Positions 40,062 to 52,962 of a DNA stretch of 55,230 nucleotides are shown here, piece by piece. Below the pieces are notes generated by a model. The model was not told the DNA's origin. It was given only the letters and a program-made list of their open reading frames with translations, and did not search any database. Source of the stretch: Deltaproteobacteria bacterium (lineage in GTDB: Bacteria; Myxococcota_A; UBA9160; SMWR01); contig JAQBHB010000033.1 in NCBI GenBank assembly GCA_032128115.1, positions 1 to 55,230 on the forward strand, written 5' to 3'. A program made the position numbers and the translations under genes. Position 1 is the stretch's first letter; each line of letters begins with the position of its first letter.

Positions 40062-40898
40062 ATGGCGTACCGGTCCCTCTTCGGGCCGCTCCCCTCCAGA
40101 CTCTCGATGCTGCTCGGGTTCGTCTGCCTGCTTTCCGGCGGGCTGGCGGTGGGGTGCAAGAGCCCGGAGCCCAGCTTCGAGGAAGTGGCCCCGGCGGACG
40201 AGCTGTACCAGGAGGGGCTCACGACCCTGGAGGGCTATCGCATGCTGGGCGTGATTCCGCGTGTCGACTACACCGCGGCCATCGAGGCGTTCCAGGCGAT
40301 CGTCGACAACTATCCCTACAGCGACTACGCCGTGCTGGCCGAGCTCAAGATCGCCGACGCCTACTTCGAGGACAAGCGCTACGAAGAGGCCCTCTCCTAC
40401 TACCGCGACTTCTCGGAGCTGCACCCCCAGCACGAGAAGGTTCCCTACACCATCTTCCAATCCGCCCTGTGTCATGAGCGGCGTGTGCGGGATCCCCAGC
40501 GCGACCAGACCCCCACCGTGGACGCGCTGGTCTACCTGGACCGGCTGCTGACCCACTACCCGCACTCCGAGTACGCGCAACGCGCCGAAATCCTGTGGCG
40601 CCAGCTGCGAACTCGCCTGGCCCACCAGATCACCTCGATCGCCGACTACTATCTGGCCAGTGGCGAGTACGAGGCGGCGGCCGAACGCTACCGATCCCTC
40701 CTGAACGAATACCCGGGGCTCGGGCTCGATGCCGAAACGCTCTACAAGCTCGCCCTGTGCTACGACCAGATGAATCGCAACGATGAGGCTGCGCTGATCT
40801 TCCAATCCATCGTGCAGCATTACGGAGACAGCTCGGTGGCGGAGGATGCCAGGGCGCAGATGGGAAGGGGAATCGATTGGCGACCCCGAGCGCGCTGA
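40062..40898 (+). CDS. bamD: Outer-membrane assembly lipoprotein BamD
   Basis: GGAGG RBS, lipobox LAVGC, YPYS.YA..A.L..AD, HP.H and RDQT. Confidence 0.88.
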   Translation: MAYRSLFGPLPSRLSMLLGFVCLLSGGLAVGCKSPEPSFEEVAPADELYQEGLTTLEGYRMLGVIPRVDYTAAIEAFQAIVDNYPYSDYAVLAELKIADAYFEDKRYEEALSYYRDFSELHPQHEKVPYTIFQSALCHERRVRDPQRDQTPTVDALVYLDRLLTHYPHSEYAQRAEILWRQLRTRLAHQITSIADYYLASGEYEAAAERYRSLLNEYPGLGLDAETLYKLALCYDQMNRNDEAALIFQSIVQHYGDSSVAEDARAQMGRGIDWRPRAR

Positions 40899-40939
40899 CG
40901 GGAACCGGCAGGGCCGGCGACCGACGCTCCGTAGGAGCC

Positions 40940-41638
40940 ATGACCCCGGCGGAGCGGCGAACCTACCAGCTCGCGTGCCGCCACTTCGAGAGCGGCGACG
41001 CGGATGGGGCGCTCAGCCACTTCACCGATCTGTTGCGCACGCAACAGGGCTTCGCCGACGTCCACTACCGGGTGGGCGTGCTCCAGGAGCGCAAGGGCGA
41101 CCTGGGTGCCGCGGCGCGAAGCCTGTGGCAGGCGCTGCGCCTGAATCCCAGCTACGCCGAGGCGATCCTTGCGCTGGCCAGCGTCTACGAAAGCCAGGGA
41201 GACTTCGATCGCGCTCGCGAAATTGCGGAACGCGCCCGCTTCGCCGCGCGCGCAAGTGCCGGCAAGCTCGACGCCACCACCCGTGGCAAGCTCGCGAACA
41301 TGCAGGCCCAGCTGGGCGACGCCCTGCTCGAGGCGGGCGAGGCGCGCGAAGCCATCGATTGCTACAGCCGGGCGCTGGATCGCTGCCCCGAGTTCCACGA
41401 CATCCGGCTGCAACTGGGTATGGCCCTGCGCGACGCCGGGCTGCCCGACCGCTCGGCCGCCGAGCTGCGGCGGGTGCTGGAGGCCCGGCCCGAGATGCTC
41501 GTCGCGCGGGTCCAGCTGGGAGTCACCCTGCACTCCCTGGGTCGGGCCCACGAGGCCATCCGGGAGTGGAAGCGGGTGCTCGAGAGCGACCCTACCCGCC
41601 GCGACGCCCTGATGTACCTGCGCCTGGTTCGCATCTAG
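40940..41638 (+). CDS. Tetratricopeptide repeat protein
   Basis: AGGAG RBS; FADVHYRVG, ALRLNPSYAEA and other TPR units. Confidence 0.85.
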   Translation: MTPAERRTYQLACRHFESGDADGALSHFTDLLRTQQGFADVHYRVGVLQERKGDLGAAARSLWQALRLNPSYAEAILALASVYESQGDFDRAREIAERARFAARASAGKLDATTRGKLANMQAQLGDALLEAGEAREAIDCYSRALDRCPEFHDIRLQLGMALRDAGLPDRSAAELRRVLEARPEMLVARVQLGVTLHSLGRAHEAIREWKRVLESDPTRRDALMYLRLVRI

Positions 41639-41792
41639 GGTTCGCAGAGCTGGAGATCTAGAACCAGAACTGGACTCCCCCCGGGGCGCAGGCTCCGCTT
41701 TCGTTTTTGCCGGATTCGTGGTTCGATGGCCGTGTGGGGTCACGCCCCGCGCCGAGTCGCATGGCCGGCCCCGCCGAAAGGGGTAGCTCGCC

Positions 41793-42224
41793 ATGCACAG
41801 ACTCCGCCGGGTTGTTCGCAGTCTCCATCTGGTCTCGGCGCCGCCGGACACCAGCGTGCTCGAGGTGGCGCGCATCATGTGCCGGGGCCACGTGGGGGCG
41901 ATCCCGATCCTCGACGACGACGACCTGGTCGGGATCTTCTCGGAGCGCGACCTCATGCAACGCGTCGTGGCAGCGGGTCTGGATCCGTCGACGACGCCCG
42001 TGCAGGAGGTCATGACGCGTCACGTGATCACGGCGGTCCTGGACGAGCCGGTGGACACCAGCCTGAAGAAGATGCAGAAGACCGGGTGTCGACACCTGCC
42101 CGTGGTGGAGTCGGGCCGCGTGCTGGCCGTGATCTCCATGCGCGACCTGCTTCGCGACGAACTCGAGGAACAGGGCGAGGAGATCGCCAACCTGCGCGCG
42201 TACCTGCACCAGACGCCGCACTGA
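41793..42224 (+). CDS. CBS domain pair protein
   Basis: LVGIFSERDL, V.EVMT, RHLPV and ISMRDL. Confidence 0.9.
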   Translation: MHRLRRVVRSLHLVSAPPDTSVLEVARIMCRGHVGAIPILDDDDLVGIFSERDLMQRVVAAGLDPSTTPVQEVMTRHVITAVLDEPVDTSLKKMQKTGCRHLPVVESGRVLAVISMRDLLRDELEEQGEEIANLRAYLHQTPH

Positions 42225-42445
42225 CGCAGCCGGGGCGGACCCAGGATCGCGGGATCACGACGGGCTTGGCCCGCCACCTCAACTCTACGCTGGGAAGCGT
42301 TGGCTTTTACAGAATGGATGTTGCACTAGCGTCTACGAGATGCCAGGAGTGGTTCCGACGGTTCCCTTCTCGGTGCTGCTGCGCGCCCGGTCCTGAGCGA
42401 TGAAGGCGATCTCGGCTTCGGGTTCAGCGCGCAGGCGTTGCGGCG

Positions 42446-43825
42446 TCAGCTCCGCGTCGGGGTGACGGGGCCGGCCTTGCTCGCCGCGGGCTCCACGATC
42501 TCCAGCTCTGCGAAGCTGGTGCTGCATTCCGCGTCGAGAGCCAGCGAGGGTTTGCCGAACAGGTAGCCCTGGCCGTAGGTCACGCCCAGCCCCCGCAGCT
42601 TCCAGTATTCTTCCCGCCTCTCGACGCCTTCCGCCACGATCAACGACCCGATGCCCTTGGCCAGGGCCACCATGGCCTTGATGATCTCCTGCTTGACGAT
42701 ACTCGTGTCGAGATTGCGGACCAGGCCGATATCGATCTTCAAGAAGCCGGGGTGCAGCTCCATGATCCGCTCGAGATCCGAATCTCCCGCGCCGATGTCG
42801 TCGCTCGCGTGCACGATGCCGATGTCGAGATAATCCTGCATCGCCTCCCGAAACAGGTCGTAGTTGTCGATCGCGAGCTTCTCGTTGACCTCGAAAACCA
42901 CGTTTTCCGGCTTGATCTTGAGATCCTCGAGAAGCTGCTTCAGGTAGGCACCCCGGAATTCCGGGTCGTGGATCGTCATCGTCAGGGTATTGACGAAGAT
43001 CTTCTTGTCGGTCTTCAGGTCGCGCACACTCTCGAAGGTCTTCCTTCGGCACAGCGCGTCCAACTCGAACGACAGTCCATATTCTGCGGCGAGAATGAAC
43101 ATCAACATGGGACTGGCGAACTCGGTTCCTTCCTTCCCCCGGGACAGTGCCTCGTAACCGATGACTTCGAGTGTGGCGAGGTCGACGATCGGCTGGAAGA
43201 CCGTGTGGATGTCTTCCTGGATGAGCGTCTTCTGCAGCATGTATTTGGTGATGTAGCCCTGCCGTTCACTCATGAACTCGCCCATCTTCTTGGCCTGGCT
43301 CACGAGCTGCATGATGAGGCGCATGTTCGAGATCATCGGATTGTTGACGACGAGCCCGTAGCCCACCGAGGGCTTGGAGTGCACCTTGAAATAGGGATAC
43401 AGGGTGTCGAAGATCTGGCTCTTGATCGTGGCCCGGGCCCTCTCGGCCAGGGATTCCAGGTGATCGAGGAGAGTGGTCTTCTTCTCGCGAGGCGCCGCCA
43501 GAAACAGTACGAAGGTGTCGATATCGAGCAGGTCGATCACGAAGATGTCTTCGTCGCGGAATTCCTGTTGCTTGAGATCCGAGATGATCGTTGCGACCTG
43601 TCGCAACAGCTTGTGGTAGATGGTGCTTCCGTACTGGTATTCGATCTGGTTCAGGTTCTCGACCCGGATGGTGATACAGGCCAGATACTTCGAATCGATC
43701 AGGATCTTCTCGATCTGCGCGTACGCCTGGACGACGGTCGGAAGCTCGAGCTCGGCGTTGTAGTAGAAGCCCTGGTGGATGGGGACCTCGATGTAGTCCC
43801 GCTCCCTGTCTCCGTCGTTCGACAT
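42446..43825 (-). CDS. EAL-domain protein (c-di-GMP phosphodiesterase) with probable degenerate GGDEF-like N-terminus
   Basis: FQPIV, YEALSRG, FVN, FEVNE, DDIGAG, KID, AEGVE and QGYLF; GGGGGAG RBS, ATG at 43825. Confidence 0.88.
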   Translation of the reverse strand: MSNDGDRERDYIEVPIHQGFYYNAELELPTVVQAYAQIEKILIDSKYLACITIRVENLNQIEYQYGSTIYHKLLRQVATIISDLKQQEFRDEDIFVIDLLDIDTFVLFLAAPREKKTTLLDHLESLAERARATIKSQIFDTLYPYFKVHSKPSVGYGLVVNNPMISNMRLIMQLVSQAKKMGEFMSERQGYITKYMLQKTLIQEDIHTVFQPIVDLATLEVIGYEALSRGKEGTEFASPMLMFILAAEYGLSFELDALCRRKTFESVRDLKTDKKIFVNTLTMTIHDPEFRGAYLKQLLEDLKIKPENVVFEVNEKLAIDNYDLFREAMQDYLDIGIVHASDDIGAGDSDLERIMELHPGFLKIDIGLVRNLDTSIVKQEIIKAMVALAKGIGSLIVAEGVERREEYWKLRGLGVTYGQGYLFGKPSLALDAECSTSFAELEIVEPAASKAGPVTPTRS

Positions 43826-44041
43826 GGTCTCCCCCCAACTCGCCCTGCGAGTCCTGCACTCCGCCTCGACAGTGTTTTCGGCCACCGGGCGGACGCAATT
43901 GAGCCGAGATCCAGACCGGCGCTCGATGGGGTCGGGGGGTTGATTTCGGCACTGTAGGTATTTACACCCATTCGCCGTGGCTCGATATTGCAGGCTGCGC
44001 ACCGCTGCAGCCGACATTGGATCCAGTGGAAGTGGAGTTGA

Positions 44042-44537
44042 ATCGATAGGCCGAGGAATCCCGGAGCGCTGCTCCTGGCAGTTGCCGCCTGTTTGCCGTT
44101 CGCCGCGTCGCCACTCGCGGCCGCCCGAAAGGGCCCCGTAGCCATCGGTGAACGTCCGACACTCGGGGGCCACGTCGATCCGGCCGAGATCGAGGGCGTG
44201 GACTGGGATCTGGTCGTGAAGACCTTCCACCAGAAGGGCGCCGTGGTCTCGCTGCGGGAGTTCAGCAACCACGCCATGAACCATCACCACGGCATGCAGT
44301 CGGTGGAGCGCTTCGGCGAGGACATCGATCCGGATGGGGACGGAGTCCGGGACGAGCTGAGCGGGGGGGGCCTCACGGCGCTCACGATCTTCCAGGCGGC
44401 GCTGCCGGTTCCCGGTCGGGTGGAGCCCACCGGAACGCGGCGCTTTCTTCGCCCTCTCCCGGGACGACCAGGACGCGGTCATCGAGTTCCTGAAGACCCT
44501 CCAGGTACTGCCCGAGGAGAAAACCGGAAAACGCTAG
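44042..44537 (+). pseudogene. Di-heme oxidoreductase (DHOR-type) family relic with internal deletions
   Basis: Signal-like N-terminus; mid-segment GVD.DL..K.FHQKG.VVS.R.F...A.NHHHG.QS.ERFG...DPDGDG..DEL..FQA..PVPGR; in the +1 frame a C-terminus F.AL...DQDAVIEFLKTLQVLP; no CxxCH. Confidence 0.65.
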
Positions 44538-46123
44538 AGGCGCAAACGCCGGTCGCGGAGGATGACGCCGGCGGCGTTGCGGCCGCAGGCGCCCATGACG
44601 CCGCCGCCCGGGTGGGTGCCGGCGCCGCACAGGTAGAGGCCGTCGATGGCGGTGCGGTAGTGGCCCCAGCCCGGCAGCGGCCGCATGAAGAGCAACCGGT
44701 CCAGCGACATGGCCCCGTGGAAGAGGTTGCCGCCGGTGAGGCCGAAGATCCGCTCGAGATCCGGCGGCGCCAGCACGTCGCGCTCGAGCACACTGTCCGA
44801 GAAACCGGGCGATACCTCGTCGATGCACGCCAGCACCCGGTCCGCGAAGCGATCGCGCTGGATCGACCAGTCGCCTCCCGCCAGCGTGTAGGGCACGTAC
44901 TGCACGAACAGCGATGCCACGTGTAGGCCCGGCGGTGCAAGGCTCGGGTCGATCGCCGACGGCAGCGTGAGCTCGATCATCGGTCGCTCGGGAAGAGCGC
45001 CGCGTTCCGCCGCGACGAACGCCGCGTCGATACCGTCGAGATCGACGGCACCCAGATGGAGGGTGCCGTGGTGGTGCGGACCGGGATCGCCGTCGCGCCC
45101 CGAGAAGCGGGGCAACCGATCGAGCGCCAGGTTGATCTTGAGGCTGGGGCTGCGGAAGTCGAGCGCGTCGATTCCGCGCGCCACCTCGCCCGGCAGGTGT
45201 TCGGCGCCCACCAGGCCGAGCAACGTGCGGTGGGGATCGGCCCCGGACACCACGGTGGTGGCCTCCACGCTCGTGCCGTCCTCCAACACGACGCCCCGGG
45301 CGCGGCCGTCGCGCACCTGGATCGCAGACACGGGGGCATCCGTGCGGATCACGGCGCCGGCGTCGCGGGCGGCGCTGGCAATGGCTTGCGAGAGCTGGCC
45401 CATGCCGCCTTCCACGTAGGACCACACCCCGCGCTCGCCGTGGGTCTCGCCCATCACGTGGTGGAACAGCACGTAGCCCGAGCCCGGGGTCGAGGGCGAG
45501 GCCCAGGCGCCGATCACCGCATCCGTGGCCAGGGTTCCGCGCAGGGGCTCGCTCTCGAACCAGCTCTCCAGCACCGGGCGCGCGGGCCCCAGCATCAGGG
45601 CCAGCACCTGGGGCAGGTTCCGGCGCAGGCGCAGGCCCCCCCGGGCCAGGCGCAACAGCCCGCGCAGATCGCGCCAGCTCGGGTGAGCGGGATCCGGGGG
45701 CGGCTCGTCCAGAGACGGCGCGAGCGTGCGCGCAATCGAGTCCAGGAAGGCTTCGTATGTGGGATAGCGCTCGGCGTCGCGGGGCGAGAAGCGTCGGATC
45801 TCGCGATGGGTGGCGTCCCCATCCGACCCCAACAGCAGGCCCGGGTCGCCGGGAAGGGGTGTGAACGACGACGGATCGCGGCGCAGCAGGCGCAGACCCC
45901 GGTCCGAGAGGCCCAGCTCGCGGATCACGGCGGGCCGCAGCAGGCCCGCCACGTAGGCGGCCCTCGAGACCCGGAAGCCCGGCCACAGCTCCTCCGTGAC
46001 GCAGGCCCCCCCGATCACGGACCGGCGCTCGAGGACCACCACCTTCTGGCCCGCCCGGGCCAGGTAGGCGGCCGCCACCAGGCCGTTGTGGCCGGCCCCG
46101 ATCACAACCGTGTCGCATCGCAT
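44534..46123 (-). CDS. Phytoene desaturase-family FAD oxidoreductase (PYROXD2-like)
   Basis: IGAGHNGL.AA.YL, YVL.HH.MG, GGN.FHG and LYLCGAGTHPGGGV.G..GRN. Confidence 0.88.
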   Translation of the reverse strand: MRCDTVVIGAGHNGLVAAAYLARAGQKVVVLERRSVIGGACVTEELWPGFRVSRAAYVAGLLRPAVIRELGLSDRGLRLLRRDPSSFTPLPGDPGLLLGSDGDATHREIRRFSPRDAERYPTYEAFLDSIARTLAPSLDEPPPDPAHPSWRDLRGLLRLARGGLRLRRNLPQVLALMLGPARPVLESWFESEPLRGTLATDAVIGAWASPSTPGSGYVLFHHVMGETHGERGVWSYVEGGMGQLSQAIASAARDAGAVIRTDAPVSAIQVRDGRARGVVLEDGTSVEATTVVSGADPHRTLLGLVGAEHLPGEVARGIDALDFRSPSLKINLALDRLPRFSGRDGDPGPHHHGTLHLGAVDLDGIDAAFVAAERGALPERPMIELTLPSAIDPSLAPPGLHVASLFVQYVPYTLAGGDWSIQRDRFADRVLACIDEVSPGFSDSVLERDVLAPPDLERIFGLTGGNLFHGAMSLDRLLFMRPLPGWGHYRTAIDGLYLCGAGTHPGGGVMGACGRNAAGVILRDRRLRL

Positions 46124-46148
46124 GGCCGTGGATACTAGACTTTCGGCG

Positions 46149-46203
46149 CAGTCGGACGTCAGTCGAACAGCAGTCGGACGTCAGTCGGACGTCAGTCGAG
46201 CAG
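46149..46203. repeat. 5 x 11-bp phased repeat (CAGTCG core)
   Basis: CAGTCGGACGT, CAGTCGAACAG, CAGTCGGACGT, CAGTCGGACGT, CAGTCGAGCAG. Confidence 0.9.
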
Positions 46204-46226
46204 GACGGGGCGGGGCGGGGGGTCTC

Positions 46227-46739
46227 GTGTTCGGATTCGAGCCGATCGATGTCGCCGCCGCAGCCATCCTGGCTGCCGCCGCCTTTCGCGGCTTCTTCCG
46301 TGGGCTCATCCGCGAGTCGTTCTCCATGGCGGCGCTGGCGGCGGCCGTGTTCAGCGTGAAGTTCCTGGCGGATCCCCTGGGTGTCTGGTTGATCCAGACC
46401 ACAAAGGGTCAGATCAGCGAGGGCATAGCACCCTTCGCCGCGGGCGTGCTCCTGGCGGTATCCAGCATTGTCCTCGTCGTGATCGTGGGACGCTTCGTGC
46501 GCCGCGGATCGCGCTGGGCGGGCCTGGGTTGGGCCGATCGCGCAGGGGGCGCCGTGTTGGGGGGCGCCGAGGGCGCCATCGTGGTGGGAATCCTGCTGCT
46601 GGTGGCGGGGAACACGCTGGGCCGGACCCACCCGTCCCTGGCGCAGACCCGCAGCATCGCGGCCCTCGAGCAGATCGAGCAGATCGCCCAGAACCCGCCC
46701 CGCCTCGACGACCTCGACGTCGCCGCTCCGCCTCGTTAG
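46227..46739 (+). CDS. cvpA: CvpA family membrane protein
   Basis: RGF.RGLIRE and L...DR..GAVLG...G; GTG at 46227. Confidence 0.82.
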   Translation: MFGFEPIDVAAAAILAAAAFRGFFRGLIRESFSMAALAAAVFSVKFLADPLGVWLIQTTKGQISEGIAPFAAGVLLAVSSIVLVVIVGRFVRRGSRWAGLGWADRAGGAVLGGAEGAIVVGILLLVAGNTLGRTHPSLAQTRSIAALEQIEQIAQNPPRLDDLDVAAPPR

Positions 46740-46768
46740 TTCGTTGGCCTGCGCGTGGCTGCGCCCCG

Positions 46769-48790
<2,022 letters not shown>

Positions 48791-48794
48791 GGGC

Positions 48795-51434
<2,640 letters not shown>

Positions 51435-51574
51435 GAACTGCCTCCGACGCGTTCAGGGTGTCGGAAAGCGAAGGATAACCGAGGGGTTCCAGTACCGCCG
51501 GAGGGCCACGAATGCCCCCGCAAGCGGGCCCCCGGCCCGCGCGCAGCGAGGCGGAGCCGAACGCAGTCCAGGTA

Positions 51575-52756
51575 CTAGAAGCGCTGAATGAAGTCCGGAT
51601 CGTCCGGGTTCGAGGGGGTTGCGGGGGCTTCCTCGGGCTTCTCCTCGCCCCCGCCCTCGAAGTCGCCCCAGCTGCCATCCGAGGTGGAGGCAATTCCGCG
51701 GAAACGCAGGGCGAAGTCGTCCGGATTGGACACGTGCCGCAGCGCCTCGTCGTAGGTGACAAGGTCGCCCTTGACCAGGTGCATCAGCGACTGGTCGAAC
51801 GACTGCATGCCGTACGTGGTGTAGCCCTTCGAGATGGCGTCGTGGAGCTCCTTGGTGCGGTCCTTGTCGCCGATGCACTCGCGAACGCGTGCGGTCGACA
51901 CCAGCACTTCGAGAGCGGGCACGCGGCCCTTGCCGTCGGCCCGGGGCACCAGACGCTGGGAGATCACGGCCCTCAGGATCGAGGCCAGCTGCAGGCGGAC
52001 CTGCTTCTGCTGATAGGGAGGAAAGACCGAGATGATGCGGTTGATCGTCTCGGTGGCGTCGAGCGTGTGCAGCGTGCTCATGACCAGGTGGCCGGTCTCG
52101 GCCGCGGTGATGGCAGTCTCGATGGTTTCGAAGTCGCGCATCTCACCCACGAGCACCACGTCGGGGTCCTGGCGCAGTGCCGCGCGCAGAGCGGCCGAGA
52201 AGCTCAGGGTGTCCACGCCGATCTCGCGCTGGTTCACGATCGACCGGCGATCGCGAATCAGGAACTCGATCGGATCCTCGATGGTCATGATGTGACAGGT
52301 TCGATTCGCGTTGATGTGCTCGATCATGGCGGCCAGGGTCGTGGATTTTCCGGAGCCGGTGGTTCCGGTCACGAGCACGAGGCCGCGGTGCTCCATGGCG
52401 ATCGAGGCGCACACATTGGGCAGGAAGAGCTGTTCCAGGGTCTTCACCCCGAAGGGGATCACGCGGAAGACGATGCCGATGCTGCCCCGCTGCTGGAAGG
52501 CGTTCACACGGAAGCGGCCCAGACCGGCGATGCCGTACGCCAGATCGACCTCACGGGTCTCCTCGAAGCGCTGCTTCTGGACCGGGTTCATCACCTGCCC
52601 GGACATCTTGTGGATGTCGTCGGGCGTCAGGCGCTCGCCGTTCTTCAGGGGCACCAGCGCGCCGTCCAGGCGGAACATGGGCGGGAGACCGGCCTTCAGG
52701 TGGATATCGGAGGCGCCACCCTTGAGCGCGATCTTCAGGATCTCGTTCAGCTCCAC
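51575..52756 (-). CDS. pilT: PilT/PilU-family type IV pilus ATPase
   Basis: ASDIHL, GTTGSGKST, TIEDPIE, LRQDPD, GEMRD, AETGH..STLHT and GMQSFDQ; start about 52756. Confidence 0.88.
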   Translation of the reverse strand: MELNEILKIALKGGASDIHLKAGLPPMFRLDGALVPLKNGERLTPDDIHKMSGQVMNPVQKQRFEETREVDLAYGIAGLGRFRVNAFQQRGSIGIVFRVIPFGVKTLEQLFLPNVCASIAMEHRGLVLVTGTTGSGKSTTLAAMIEHINANRTCHIMTIEDPIEFLIRDRRSIVNQREIGVDTLSFSAALRAALRQDPDVVLVGEMRDFETIETAITAAETGHLVMSTLHTLDATETINRIISVFPPYQQKQVRLQLASILRAVISQRLVPRADGKGRVPALEVLVSTARVRECIGDKDRTKELHDAISKGYTTYGMQSFDQSLMHLVKGDLVTYDEALRHVSNPDDFALRFRGIASTSDGSWGDFEGGGEEKPEEAPATPSNPDDPDFIQRF

Positions 52757-52962
52757 CCCAACCCCCGGAGCCGTCACAAGTACGGCTAGAGCGCTTCTTC
52801 GTCCGGTTTCGCGCGGCTCTTGATGGAAACTTGCGGTTCGCGTGAGAGCGGAATCCTCCGCCCCCACTCCTCCGCCCGCACGGCAGGCCGCCGGAACCGG
52901 GCCAACCTCAGGTCACGGTTCGGACCGGACGAAACGACCCTACGGAACGGAGGGGAGATTCC

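Noticed and set aside
42270..42350. Cobalamin riboswitch (GCCAC..CTGGGAAG..GCCAGGAG fragments)
   Set aside because: The AGGGAA..GGTG..AATCC core is missing and there is no downstream co-oriented gene.
43953..43966. TGTA-N6-TACA palindrome upstream of the EAL gene
   Set aside because: Only 4-bp arms; cannot be distinguished from chance.
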